Shown one piece after another: positions 23,878 to 36,150 of a stretch of 64,000 nucleotides of DNA. Source of the stretch: Basidiobolus ranarum (Eukaryota); contig JASJQH010000002.1 of NCBI GenBank assembly GCA_040143965.1, forward strand, positions 1 through 64,000, read 5' to 3'. Position 1 is the first letter of the stretch. Every line of letters starts with the position of its first letter. The notes beneath the pieces were generated by a model. That model was given only the letters and a program-made list of their open reading frames with translations, made no database searches and was not told the DNA's origin. Made by a program: the position numbers and the translations under genes.

Positions 23878-25147
23878 TTAGGGTGTGGTGCTAGAGCTAG
23901 GAGTGAATACAACTTTGGTGCAGTTATCCAGTTTTTTGTCAAATAAATTATAGGCGTGACTAGCTTCCTTTAGCGAGAAACGATGCGAGATGATTCGAGA
24001 TATATCATATTTTTTCTTTTCAAGAATTGGTATTAACTTTTCCATCATTGCTCGAGCTGGACATCTTCCTGATTTGTATGTCACATTTTTGTTGTATCCT
24101 TCAGCAGGGGAAAACGGGAAATCTTTAGCGGTGTGAACACCAATAGAGGATATTGTTCCTCCAGGCCTCATTATTTCGAATGCAGTTTTTAGAGCAGATG
24201 GATTACCAACAGCCTAATTTCGCATCAAAAGAAAGACATCGATTAGTGTATCATATTTATCAAGCATCCATTAAAATACTAACCTCGAATACTACATCAG
24301 CTCCTCTTCCTGCTGTTTTGCTTTGGAAGAAAGAAACGAGATCGCCGTCTGATGGCGACAAAGTTTCAGCCCCTAACTCACGAGCAATGTCCAGTCTTTC
24401 TTGTACAGAATCGATTGCGTATATTTTAGCAGCACCAAACTCTTTAGCTCCAATGATAGACATAAGTCCCACGGGTCCACAGCCAATAACCGCCACTACT
24501 GTTTCAGCTAACTCTTCAGGAGCAATCCCGGATAATCCATTATGCGCGCAGAAGAATCCTGTTGGAAAAACATCACCAATTAATAGACCTTCTTCATCCG
24601 AGACAGCTTCTGGTAACTTGAGTAAAGTCGAGGAGGCTAAAGGAACACGAACATATTCTGCCTGACCACCATTCATACTTTTAATGAAATGTTATCGATT
24701 TGTTGGAAATAACGAGTTCGAGATAAATTTCAATACTTACTGCCAACCGAATAATTGTCCCTTCTCACATCGACAAGTAAGACCTTTCTTGCAGTAGAAG
24801 CAGCTTCCACACGAAGTTGTAAAGGCGCTAGCAACTCTATCGTTTACCGCAAAGCCAGATACTTCAGAGCCTACTTCAACTATACGGCCCATAAACTCAT
24901 GTCCTAGGACATTCTGTGGGGTACAACCAGCCTGGTCGCCACGATATACTAATATATAATATATGCCGTTAAAAAATCTCTTGAGAATATCTCTAAGCTA
25001 AAAAAACAATGAAGTACCATGTAGATCGCTTCCACATAGACCAGCGAGGTGTACTTGGACAATAGCATCTGTAGGTTCGACTAATGTAGGCTTTGGGACA
25101 GTTTTAGTTGAGACTTCGAAGTTGTTTTGAAATGTGACCGCTTCCAT
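23878..25147 (-). CDS. Zinc-dependent medium-chain alcohol/formaldehyde dehydrogenase
   Basis: GLCGSDLH, LGHEFMG, structural Zn CGSCFYC..C, GGQAEYVRVP, GCGPVG Rossmann motif. Confidence 0.9.
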
Positions 25148-25712
25148 TTTAAGATAACACACTTGTTGATAGTTGAAGTATAAAAGTTACATCTAGAAGT
25201 AGCATTTATTCATGTTTTATCGGATACAGAATAAAATGAAAGTCACTTTGATTGGAGAAAATCATGGTTGGTATTCACACGTTAGACTTTGATGGGAAGA
25301 TTTGTGACGGTCATACATGTTGAGCTCGATTCGAACCCAATACGTGGACATCACCTGACCGGTACTGATGACAAAGTTTAATCATTCTGTGAATAATTTG
25401 GATTGAGGCTTAGTAATGAGATAGGCTTAAATACGAATCACCTATTTTGACAACCATATATATATATAGTAACATAGTATTTATCAGCGCTTTAGACAGA
25501 AACGACTGATGTTGACAGCTGATAAATTCACTCGCAACTTTCTGTAGAAACAAATTTATTATTATGGCTGATATTCTATGATGGTAACTGAGTGAACTGA
25601 CTATCGAAGTAATTATAAAGACCGAAAAGAAATGCAATGTAAATTAGGATGAGAAAGTATTAGGAGATGAGTCTAGTTTGATGCAGGTGTGACGGTATTA
25701 GGCGTATTCTAT

Positions 25713-26585
25713 TCATGCGGGTGAGACAGAAGTGTAAACGGAAGAATAGTTCTTCAGGCGGAGATCCAAACCATCAATCCATACTATGATGTCTAAGAGA
25801 GTGGCGTTGATCTTATTTTCAATCATTGTAAACGATTTTTGTTCTGGTTCGGTAGAGCCCTTGATATTATCCAAGGTGATAATGGCCGGAAGCATCCTTT
25901 GAGATGCCTCATCAACTGACGAGAAGTAGAGAGTATACAATCCTTTGGTAATCAAAATGGCGAGGAAAATATCAACAGTGTAATGCATACGAGTGGCTAC
26001 AATACTCAAAATCCCACTTATTCCATATACATAGGCACAGACGATAACCCATCTCTTACGACCATAAATACTCCACATAGTCATACAAGATACAAGGATC
26101 ATGGTGTGTCCGGAGAAGATGTTATCGGAGCAGGTTTGGTATTGACCGGCTAACATTGTAAGTGCAACCCAAAGGAACTCGCCATATGATTTCGTTTGAA
26201 TTGGCTGACAATCTCGAGGACAAGGTAAGGTCGTAACGATAATTGTAATGGAACGTAATAAATACAGAGTTCCAGTCAACCACACAAAACGTCGAAGGAT
26301 CACGATCGCTTCGAGCCAGGTACGTGCGAGGTAGATAAGACTACAGAGAGTGGTAAGAAGTAGCGAAAAAACAAAAAAATCGGGAGCCCACACTTTAGTC
26401 AGTATTGGTACAGTAGAGAAACCAAGGTCAGTAAGAGGATCTTGGATTGTTGAAGCTGCCCACCGCTGATCGGACATTAGTTGAATAAGAAGCATGTAGT
26501 AGAGGACAACAAGAATATAAAGAATAGAAAGACCCAATCTAAGGAGTTCTGGCTTTAACGGACAAAGGGATTTCTTATACTCCAT
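25713..26585 (-). CDS. Sphingomyelin-synthase-like protein (PAP2 C-terminal type), intronless
   Basis: PLTDLGF, RSITIIVTTLP, CSDNIFSGHT and HYTVDI catalytic motifs, several TM segments. Start taken at MEYKK. Confidence 0.85.
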   Translation of the reverse strand: MEYKKSLCPLKPELLRLGLSILYILVVLYYMLLIQLMSDQRWAASTIQDPLTDLGFSTVPILTKVWAPDFFVFSLLLTTLCSLIYLARTWLEAIVILRRFVWLTGTLYLLRSITIIVTTLPCPRDCQPIQTKSYGEFLWVALTMLAGQYQTCSDNIFSGHTMILVSCMTMWSIYGRKRWVIVCAYVYGISGILSIVATRMHYTVDIFLAILITKGLYTLYFSSVDEASQRMLPAIITLDNIKGSTEPEQKSFTMIENKINATLLDIIVWIDGLDLRLKNYSSVYTSVSPA

Positions 26586-27794
26586 TTCTACTCTGATCAA
26601 CCAGTTCAAAAGTTGAAGTGCGAGAAGGAGGCGGATTAAAATGTAACTAATGATGGATCGTTGGTCGAAGTATCTTTTATAAAGAAACGAGCTTGGATAG
26701 AAGAAAACCAAATTAGGAAACACATTTCAATCCTAAGAAGCAGCGTGTAAACGATTAGAAGGAGTGATAGAATTTGCTTTGCCAAGATATCTACAAGGCA
26801 CTAAAAATAAGTACTGTCACCCAATAAGCGCAAATACCAAGTCGGCTAAATAGTTGAAGCCTATATCAGCGATGATAGGATAAGAATATCATTTCCCTCT
26901 AACTTAGAACCAAGAAATTCTAAATCTGAACTCCTAAAAAAGAACATTCAGCTACTCTTATAGATTCTGATTGGTAACTTCCATCCTCGCGTCCAAATGA
27001 AGACGCGTCGTATTTGGATATGTCCTTGATTTTCAGTGGCAACGGCGATCTTGGCCCACTGAGTCACAATTTCTATCGAAATACTCTGCAAGATAAATAT
27101 ATGCAGATTTCTCCCGTCGAGCTAGTTCAAATATAGACATCGCATCCATATATGGTAATATGGACATATGGTCACACAAAGGATCAGCAGAAAACTAGGT
27201 TCGTAAAAGACGTAATAATCAGGTGGCGTTCAGTTTTTTACGCGTTAAAAGTGAATAATATTAATGGAAAATACGTGGTTAAGATTCCAAACAAAAAATA
27301 TCGGTATTTTACTAATCATAATGCCTGCATCGATAAGCTTATTTAGAGTCTAAGTGCATAACTATTGATTCATTTGTGGTAACCTGTTTTGCACTGTCTG
27401 TTAGAGAGAAAATAATTAAACATATGAATACGAATTCAAGCTTTCGAATTCAATCATACTTGCTAATGTATTGTTCTTTGTTAAACTTTGCATGTCAATA
27501 CATTAAACACCCTAATACCCTCAACCTCAATAAAGCAAGACACAATACATGGCTCTTCCACCAATGAGCTCTGTCAATTAGCAAGTTTAATTACGAATTT
27601 ATTCGTACGACGACTGTTCGATAACATGACGTAGTCATGGTGTACATGATATGGGTTTTAGAAATGATACATCATGTCTAAGGAAGCGTAAGCAGTTGCA
27701 ATGTCCAATAGCAGAGGCTCTTCGAGCTTAATCGAAATACATAAAGATACCAAATGCTGCTTGCGGATATTGACTTTTCTACATATTTTCAAAA

Positions 27795-29123
27795 ATGTTT
27801 GGAAATCTTAGTGAAACTTTGAAGAAGCAAGCAGGTGAATATCTCCAAAACCAAGCTCAAGGTTTATTTGGTGGTCAACAAAACCAGTCACAGGGATCTC
27901 AACAGCCACAGAACGATGGTCAAGGGCATTCCATTGCTCCTGCAGGCACAAGCTTTGTCCAGAATCCTAATCAAAATGGTGGTTCTTACGTTGGCGAGGC
28001 TAATGGTGAACAATTCTCCATCTCTGATTGCAGGTTTGCTTTCATTTTACTGAATACATATATGGAGCCCAAAATAACCTTCATTGTAGAGGAAACAAGA
28101 GAGCTCTTTTTATTGGTATAAATTATCCCAATACTAGTGCTCAACTTAAAGGTAATTTCCACTCAATTTAATAGTACTCGAATCGAAGCTAAACTCGTTT
28201 TGAACTTGGTATTCATTTTAGGTTGCATTAATGATGTTAACAACATCATGAACTTCATAATGAATAATTATGGTTTCAGCTCGCAAAACTGTCTCGTTTT
28301 AACTGATGATCAGCAAGACCCCAGTAAAATTCCTACTCGAAATAACATTCTCTTAGGAATGAAATGGCTTGTTGAAGGTGCGCAATCAGGAGACTCACTT
28401 TTCTTCCATTATTCTGGTCATGGAGGTTCTGTCCAAGATACTGACGGTGATGAAGTTGATGGTAAGGATGAGACTATTTACCCCGCAGACCACGAACAAG
28501 CTGGGGTGATACATGACGACGAAATGCATGCACTTATGGTTAAGAATTTACCATCCGGTTGTCGTTTAACTTCCATATTCGATTCATGCCATAGTGGTAC
28601 AGTTCTTGATTTGCCCTTCACTTACAAATGTAGTGGTGAAATCGAGGTTATCTGTGAAGATAGTCGTAAAGAAGCAGCTATGTCCTTATTCAAGGCCGGG
28701 TTGTCGTATAGCCGAGGAGATACTGCAGGTGCGCTGAATTTGGCCAAAGAAGGACTTGGATTTTTGTTTCGTCCTCCCAGTAACAAAGAAGCTCAAAAGA
28801 AGACAGAAGAAACTCGTAAATCCAATGCTGATGTTATTCAGTTCGCTGGATGCCGAGATGATCAGGTAAATATTTGTTTAACTTGAAGAGAGAGATTTCA
28901 TAGATTGACTAGACTTCTACAGACTTCCGCTGATGCTAACATCAATAATCAACCGACTGGTGCTATGAGTTATGCTTTAGTTACCGTACTAAGCCAGAAT
29001 CGTAATATTACTTACAGTCAGTTGCTACAAAGTCTACGTGACATCCTAAAGAGCAAATACTCTCAGATTCCGCAAATGTCTGCTGGACGTCCTATGGATA
29101 TGAATACTATGTTCACCATGTAA
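27795..29123 (+). CDS. MCA1: Metacaspase type I
   Basis: Q/N-rich prodomain, RALFIGINY, LKGCINDV, FFHYSGHG (catalytic His), IFDSCHSGT (catalytic Cys), GCRDDQTSAD. Confidence 0.93.
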
Positions 29124-29351
29124 ATCAGCTTGGTCTTGATGATCTCCAGTAGTAAATCATATTTTGTACACGAAATAAAATCCAATCAAATTTATTTAAC
29201 CTTTTGATTGTCAACAGAATGGTGATATTACAAGTTACTGAGAAAGAGTGACCGTAGAAAGGATTAAAATATTATGAAATCAAATGTACTCCAATAGAAA
29301 TTATCAGTGTAGAGCGAATGGAATAAACGGATTACTTAAAAGTACAAAACT

Positions 29352-30619
29352 TTACAAATTTTTCCAAGCTTGAATTAAAATATCGACAAACTTGGGATCA
29401 CGAACAGCAACTCGGACGAAAGTATCACGATAATACCCAGGTCTACCACTACGTACTGGTACACCAGCATCTTTCGCAGTTTGAACGGCAAGGTCAGCGG
29501 TCTCGGAATCTTTCATGTCTACCCAAACCCAGGAAAGGAAGTCCTTTCCAAAGAATTCCCATTGCTTGTCTTCACTTTTCTTAAGGCTAAGCTGTGTTAA
29601 TTCATCAATAACATACTTTCTCCAAACAGGGGTGATCTTCCAAGTCTCCTCGAGATACTCGGTATCTTTGACTACAGCATTCATGAAAGCAAGAGCCATA
29701 GTGTTCACTGACCAAGGCACTTGAATCTTCTTCAAGGCATTGCAGTGCTGAGCAGTTGGGCAAACAATGGAGCCAGTTCTGAGACCAGTGCAGGACCAAA
29801 GCTTGGTCCAACTATGGATCACGTAAACCGAGATATTTCGAGTGGAATAAATAGACTCAACGAATTCTTTTTGAGTAGTCAATGAGTCTTCACGGAAGTT
29901 GGCTGAATGCCATGGTTGCATAGATTCATCTGGTAACAAAGTAAATTCTTGTTAATTCACAATCGCGCTAGAGTTTCTTTAGAAAATACTTACCAACAAC
30001 CACAACACCGTTATCTTCTACATTATCCATGATCCACTTCTTCATCGCCTCAACATTTATATAATCACCAGTAGGATTGCAAGGATTAACAACACAGGAC
30101 AGGGTGGCAGGGGTTTGCTCGTCAGCACCAAGAATGGTACGTCCATTGGTGACGGCGGAACGTTCGTATTCTTTGTATTGAACATCCCATGGCCCAGGCT
30201 TCCAGGTACCCTTTGGTGCTGAACGAACTACCAAATCAATCAGTTCACTGGCACCGTTACCTAAAAGTAGTCTATCCCTGTTCTCTAAATAATCATTTGG
30301 CCATATAAACTCAGCAAGAGAGGTTTTGGCGGGCTCTTGGTTTGCAGGTGGGTAATGATGACAAGTATCGATCTATTGGAAATACAGGGATCAGTCAATA
30401 GGTAGTTCAATTTCATTATTAACCTTACGAGGGACATACCGAGTCTCTAGCAGCTTGTAGTGCTTGCTTAGGAGTTCCGAGAGGATTGGTAGTAACACTG
30501 AAATCCTCAATGAAATTCTCAATGAATTTCCAATCTTGCCCACCGTGGAATTGTTGAAGCTTAGCGTCCCACACACCTTCTTCTTTGGTTCCGTTCAGCG
30601 CAGTATTAGTTTTTGTCAT
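29352..30619 (-). CDS. PLP-dependent class I/II aminotransferase, CobD/HisC-like
   Basis: FHGG...DFSVTTNPLG, LLGNGASELI, NPCNPTG, DES, SWTKLWSCTGLRTG (PLP lysine), PWSVN, VRVAVR. Confidence 0.82.
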
Positions 30620-31416
30620 TATGAAATGGATTACAAATGAAAAGGAACGAAAGAAATAGTGTAAGGAAAGAAAAGCAACTGCATTCGACTCTTTTAACTA
30701 AACGGAAGCGCTTTGAGTAATTGCCATATACGGGTTGAAGTTAACCAACTGGTTCGTGTACCCTTGTACACAAATTAAATGGTATCATATAATTATAGAC
30801 CAATACAACAAGGGATCATATATAGTACTCGGGCCAATACCAGCAGCATCTCCCAGACCACTTACAGATACATCGAATCTAAACTAAAGCTGCAAAGGAA
30901 GCAGGGGCTAAGCTAATATACTCAATATTTAAACGCACTTGAAGATGTAGGTCACATAATTTCTTTCAATCCTTAGAAATCAGTCATAATTGAACCACAT
31001 TTGGCTGTGGATTGACTGTAATACAATCTAGTCTACGGATCAATCTACATTACTTTCATGTGCTCAACAGATAGTTTGGTCTCCGAAGGCCTCATTGGAA
31101 TGCCACGTTGAAGGGAATCACAAAATATTCCATCAATGTCGCACTGACAGGTTAGAATTAATGATTGGTGCCTCTATATTATGTGGTTCAGTTGAAATGT
31201 TATTTAATGACCAGTAATTTAGTGGACAATGGGGTCAGCGATTCCAGAATGCCATAATATGGAATATATTAACATGCTCTAGTATTCATGATTTGGAGAT
31301 TGAAAAAGAATTGCCATAGTAACTCATTGGATCATAGACTGTAGGAAAAAAAAGTGTTACATTAATAATATCGACTCTGTAATTTTCTTTGCTCGCACTA
31401 GATACACTTTGGAATT

Positions 31417-31990
31417 ATGCGTTTGGTTAGTAAACAAACCACATAGAACCATACCATTCATGTTATTAAATTAACCCCTTTCTAGCTAAAAGAAGACGAA
31501 GAGGCCGACGTAGAAGTCAACTATGAGGATCAGCAGAATATTAACGCATTCAGTCGTTTAAATGCTCGCCTCAACGATATGGAAGATACATATGACACAA
31601 AAAAAGTACTTGATTTAGCTCTCTATTCGAATTTTCTCTTTTTTAACTTTTTATGGTACAGACTGAATTAGAATACCTTGAAGATCTTGAAAGCGAATTA
31701 GAGTTGGCCGATGAAGAGGATCCTGTTATGTAAAGCCCTGTTTCCTTTCCCTTTTTCAGTTATACCAATGATCATTTACCTATTTTTTGCATAGGTATCG
31801 CGTTGGTGATGCTTACATCTCTTTGTCTCTTGAAATGGCTCAGGAGCGACTCACCAAAGAGCAAGAAGCACTCAAGGCCGAAGTAGAGGATTTAAAAACT
31901 GAGATGGACGACATTTCCGAGAAAATGGATAAACTTAAAGTAGTCCTTTACGCCAAATTCGGAAAGTCCATTAACCTCGAGAAAGATTAA
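31417..31990 (+). CDS. GIM3: Prefoldin subunit 4
   Basis: Spliced EVNYEDQQNINAFSRLN...YRVGDAYI...LKVVLYAKFGKSINLE. Confidence 0.92.
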
Positions 31991-32253
31991 ATACACGATT
32001 ATTTAACGCAGTAGTTATTTATTGCAGTACAATATATTATAATTAAGCATATTCCAAATCTGATATTTTCTTGAAGTATAATACTAGAAGATGAACCAAC
32101 TTTCCTACACTAAATCTTTAATATTGAAAATACTAGTGACGTTGTTTAATGTTATTTGAAATCATTAACCTAACGTCAATCAGGCTTTTGACAAGAGATT
32201 CAATTTGAGAATAAATATGGGGTTTTATTTGGATATCATTGAATTTTGTCTGT

Positions 32254-33319
32254 TTACTTGGGGGGATTGTAGATGATTTTTCTGGTTTTGAGTGGAGTCC
32301 ATTTAAATCTTTTTAGCCAAATCGACAATACAAACAGTCCTGTAAGAATGGTAACCGCTTTCAAGCCAAGCTTTTTACGTTCGTCGTGTTCAGGTTCAGA
32401 CGCCCAGGAGAGAAAGGTGGCCACGTCTTTGGCCATTTGAGAGGTGGTGGCTGGTGTACCATCTTCATATTCAACGATTCCATCGTACAAAGCACGTGCC
32501 ATGGCAATGGCTCCTCCTGCGAAATAGGGGTTATAGTACAAGCCTTCACGTACCTCAATGCCCGGAGGAGGATCGTAGTATCCTGTAAGAAGGGCAAATA
32601 TATAATCTGCCCCTCCGTGTCTACCTTTCACAATTAGGCTGAGATCTGGTGGATAGGCCCCCGCATTGGCGGCTCTGGCTGCTTCTTCGTTAGGATATGG
32701 CCGAGGAAGATAGTCTGAAGGTTTTCCGGGCCTTTGGAACATATCTCCTATATCATTGGGGCCATCCTCAACTTCGATTCCCTCAACTATGGTTTTAACT
32801 TCATCTTCTGTATGTGATACATCAATCAAGTTACGAAAAGCAATACGGTCTAAAGAGTGGCAAGCTGCGCAAACTTCTTGATAAACCTGGTAGCCACGCC
32901 TGATGCTCGCATGGTCGAAGGTACTAAAAGGGCTGTTATGGTCCCAAGGGTAAGACGGAGGATGAAGCCCTTCGTCAGCTGCATCAGAGTAGATAGTACT
33001 ATTAAGGTGAAGGTAGATACCAAGCCCTACACCACCAAGTGTAGCGGAAAAAATAGTACTTTTATTAGAGATGTTCTGGGTTGCAAATATAGTTAGTAAT
33101 GAAAAAAGTATAAAGGTTATTCTGAAAAAAACTAACCTCTGGTTTCAAGAAAACTTGACTTGAAAAAACCCGACTCTAAAGATTTCAATGAAATGCAAAT
33201 ATTCTTAGTAAGTTGTTTATCAAATTCACAAAAATTTGCAAGTGTGACTGTTAATGATAGAGTACCTTGAGTTTAGAGAAGTGGAGGTTCTGTGAACTTC
33301 TGTAAAGACGTAAAAACAT
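32254..33319 (-). CDS. CYT1: Cytochrome c1
   Basis: [17 protein letters not shown] haem motif, [23 protein letters not shown]-terminal TM anchor. The 5' presequence exons are less certain. Confidence 0.95.
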
Positions 33320-33764
33320 GAAGCGCAAGAGAAAAAGAGTCGAGTGAAGGTTGTAGACGTGGCTTTAAAGTAATAGGAGAAAAAACGCGGGGTGTACTCC
33401 AATTATGAATACTGCTATAGCGTTTCATGACTTGTGGAGATCGGTATTTGTAAGGTAAATCGATGGAGACTAAAGGCAATGTATGGTTATGGTTTTGTGG
33501 ATCTTTGAAATATGCTTCTTATTTATTGAAATTTCAAATTTACCGCAAGAGAATTATCGAAATGTGTAAAAGCTACCAAGCAATACACAATCTTCCAATG
33601 AAGACAGATCGGCAATGAGCACATGTAGTAATTGAGCAGTGATTTATGATAAGGGGTTTCATGGATTTTGTTTGAAAAAGTCCCATGCAAATATAAAGCT
33701 TTGATGAGAGAGTTTATTCTACAATAGTGTACGGAACAAGTGATGAAAAATGCTTTTCCATTAT

Positions 33765-34668
33765 CTAATAAGCGTATGCGCGAAGGATTTTAACATCTTC
33801 ATTGGGTCTAAATTTAAAGAATTACTGAGTAAACGATAGCTTTAGTGAAATAAGTGAAAATATTATATACCTATCACTTGAGTCGGTGGCAACAAGGCCC
33901 ATTCTTTTAACCACTTTCATACCCTCACTAACTCTACCAAATATAGTGTGTTTGCCTTAGGTGCGAATAGAAGGAGTTAGAATTGTGTGCTGAGTACTAG
34001 TATCGTAGTGTACTTACCATCGAGCCAAGGAGTGGGTGCTAAGGAAATGAAAAACTATACACTTCACGTCAGTGTATTACTTTATATTATTAACGTGTGA
34101 AAATATAACCTACTTGACTTCCGTTTGTGTTGGGGCCAGAATTAGCCATACTTAGAATACCAGCTCCAGTATGCTTGAGATTTCGCGTAATTTCATCTTC
34201 AAAAGTCTCTCTATTGAAAACTGGATAAGTATCAAAGTATTCAGATCCATGATATATAGAAGTATATTACCCGTAAATACTAGCACCTCCACGACCAGTT
34301 CCAGTAGGATCTCCTCCTTGAATCATGAAATCCTAATTCATAACTATTAAAACTTGATTTTATCTGTTTAGTTAACGGATAGCCACCACTTACAGAGATG
34401 ATCCTATGAAATTTGATGCCATTATAGTATCCTCGTTTAGCCTGAATTTAAAAAAGTCTACTAAGTAAGGGATCGACGTAATTGAATCTTTGTAGCATAC
34501 TGACCAACTCGTAGAAATTTTTGCAAGTTTTAGGAGCCTCATCCCAATAAAGTTCAAAGGTAATACTACCCTATATAAAAGTGAAAATGCTACTGTAAGA
34601 TATAGTAGTTACCAAATTGATAATTGTAAACATACCATTGAGGTTTCAAAAATGACACTTCCTTCCAT
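33765..34668 (-). CDS. PPIL1: Cyclophilin-type peptidyl-prolyl isomerase (PPIL1-like)
   Basis: Spliced [66 protein letters not shown]. Not in the ORF track. Confidence 0.9.
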
Positions 34669-34937
34669 TATATTATATTTGGGTACTTGAAAACGCGTCA
34701 AAATACAAATAAAACAGCACCTCTGGAGTTTGACTATCAAATTCCATCTTTTTTTTTAAACTGTTACGTGCTGTAAAATTGTTGTTTATATTTTGGTTTA
34801 ATATGGGCTTAGTATTGGACGATTCTGGTTTAGATAGCGCAGTAATACTACAATCAGAATAAGCCATCAGACTCACTGAATTTTTTGTTTATAACCAACT
34901 TAATTTTGACAGGAAATTTACTCTAGTACACTTGACC

Positions 34938-35879
34938 ATGTCTACTGTTAGAAAAGCCACTAGTTTTCTACAATTCTTTCACATTTGTGAAAAATTGAAG
35001 GTAAATATTTAATTAGATATCCTCGAGTTGAGTAAAGGAGATCAAATGTAAATTCATAATCCTAACTGAGTGAGGGTTTATTTAATAGAGAACCAAAAGA
35101 ACTGGATGGATTAAACGAGGTGTCAAAGAGCCTGAATCGATTGCAGATCACATGCATCGCATGTCAATAATGGCACTTCTTATAGAGGATAAAGGTGTCA
35201 ACCGTGATAGGTATAATAGATCACTTGCTTTAAATTAAATTTCACTGTTTTTGTGAGTCAATGATCATTAAAACTACCTTTTTTGGTTGTAGATGTGTAA
35301 AAATGGCCGCCGTTCACGATCTAGCCGAGGCAATTGTGGTATGAACCTTTCTAAATTTGTCTCTAGTTCTTTTTTAACGATAGTTTGTTTTTACAAAGGG
35401 TGATATCACTCCTCACTGTGGTGTGTCCAAAACAGACAAATATAAGCTGGAACATGTAAGTATCTATTGAATGAATTACTGCATGAATCCTATTTATCTA
35501 ATTTTTATAAAATAGGATGCTATGGTCAAGATGGTCGACACTCTTGGTAACTCTGAGCAAGCTCAAGAAATTTTCGAGCTATGGAAAGAATATGAGGAAG
35601 GTAGCACTTCCGAGGCATTGTTGGTCAAAGATTTAGATAAGTTTGAGATGATTGTTCAAGCAATAGAATATGAAAAATGTAAGTTGCATGCATCATAACA
35701 TTCATGTTTAGCCAAAACATTAATCAATATTCTATGTCTTTCTAGCTGACAACATTAGTCTTAATGAGTTTTTTGAATCAACTCGAGGAGTTTTCCAACA
35801 CCCTCAGGTCAAACAGTGGGTGGAGGAGTTGTATGCTGAGCGAGAGGCATCTTCAAAAATTGTTAGTCATACTGAGTAG
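34938..35879 (+). CDS. HDDC2: HD-domain 5'-deoxynucleotidase (HDDC2/YGK1-like)
   Basis: Spliced KRTGW...[43 protein letters not shown]. Not in the ORF track. Confidence 0.9.
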
Positions 35880-36150
35880 ATAGGGTAACATAAACAATAA
35901 AGCGATATTTTGAATTTATTGGTGGAGTATTCTTGAGCACTCGCTGTATTGATAGGAATTCCTCTATTTCCTACCTTTCCTATCAACATCCAAACAACCT
36001 ACAATTCACATCTTAAACATGCAAGTCATTAAAGAAATTAATCAATCAATTAATCGATCATGGCGGAAGTGGGAATACGAGGAGTACCGAAACATGTCAT
36101 CATATTGATAAATAAGAATTAAACTGAAGGGTATGATCGATTGATGCTGG

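Noticed and set aside
23394-23894. ORFs 23394-23609 and 23700-23894
   Set aside because: Pieces or off-frame readings of the spliced GMF gene.
25325-25345. B-box-like GGTTCGAATC on the minus strand
   Set aside because: No T-stem pairing or cloverleaf, so not a tRNA.
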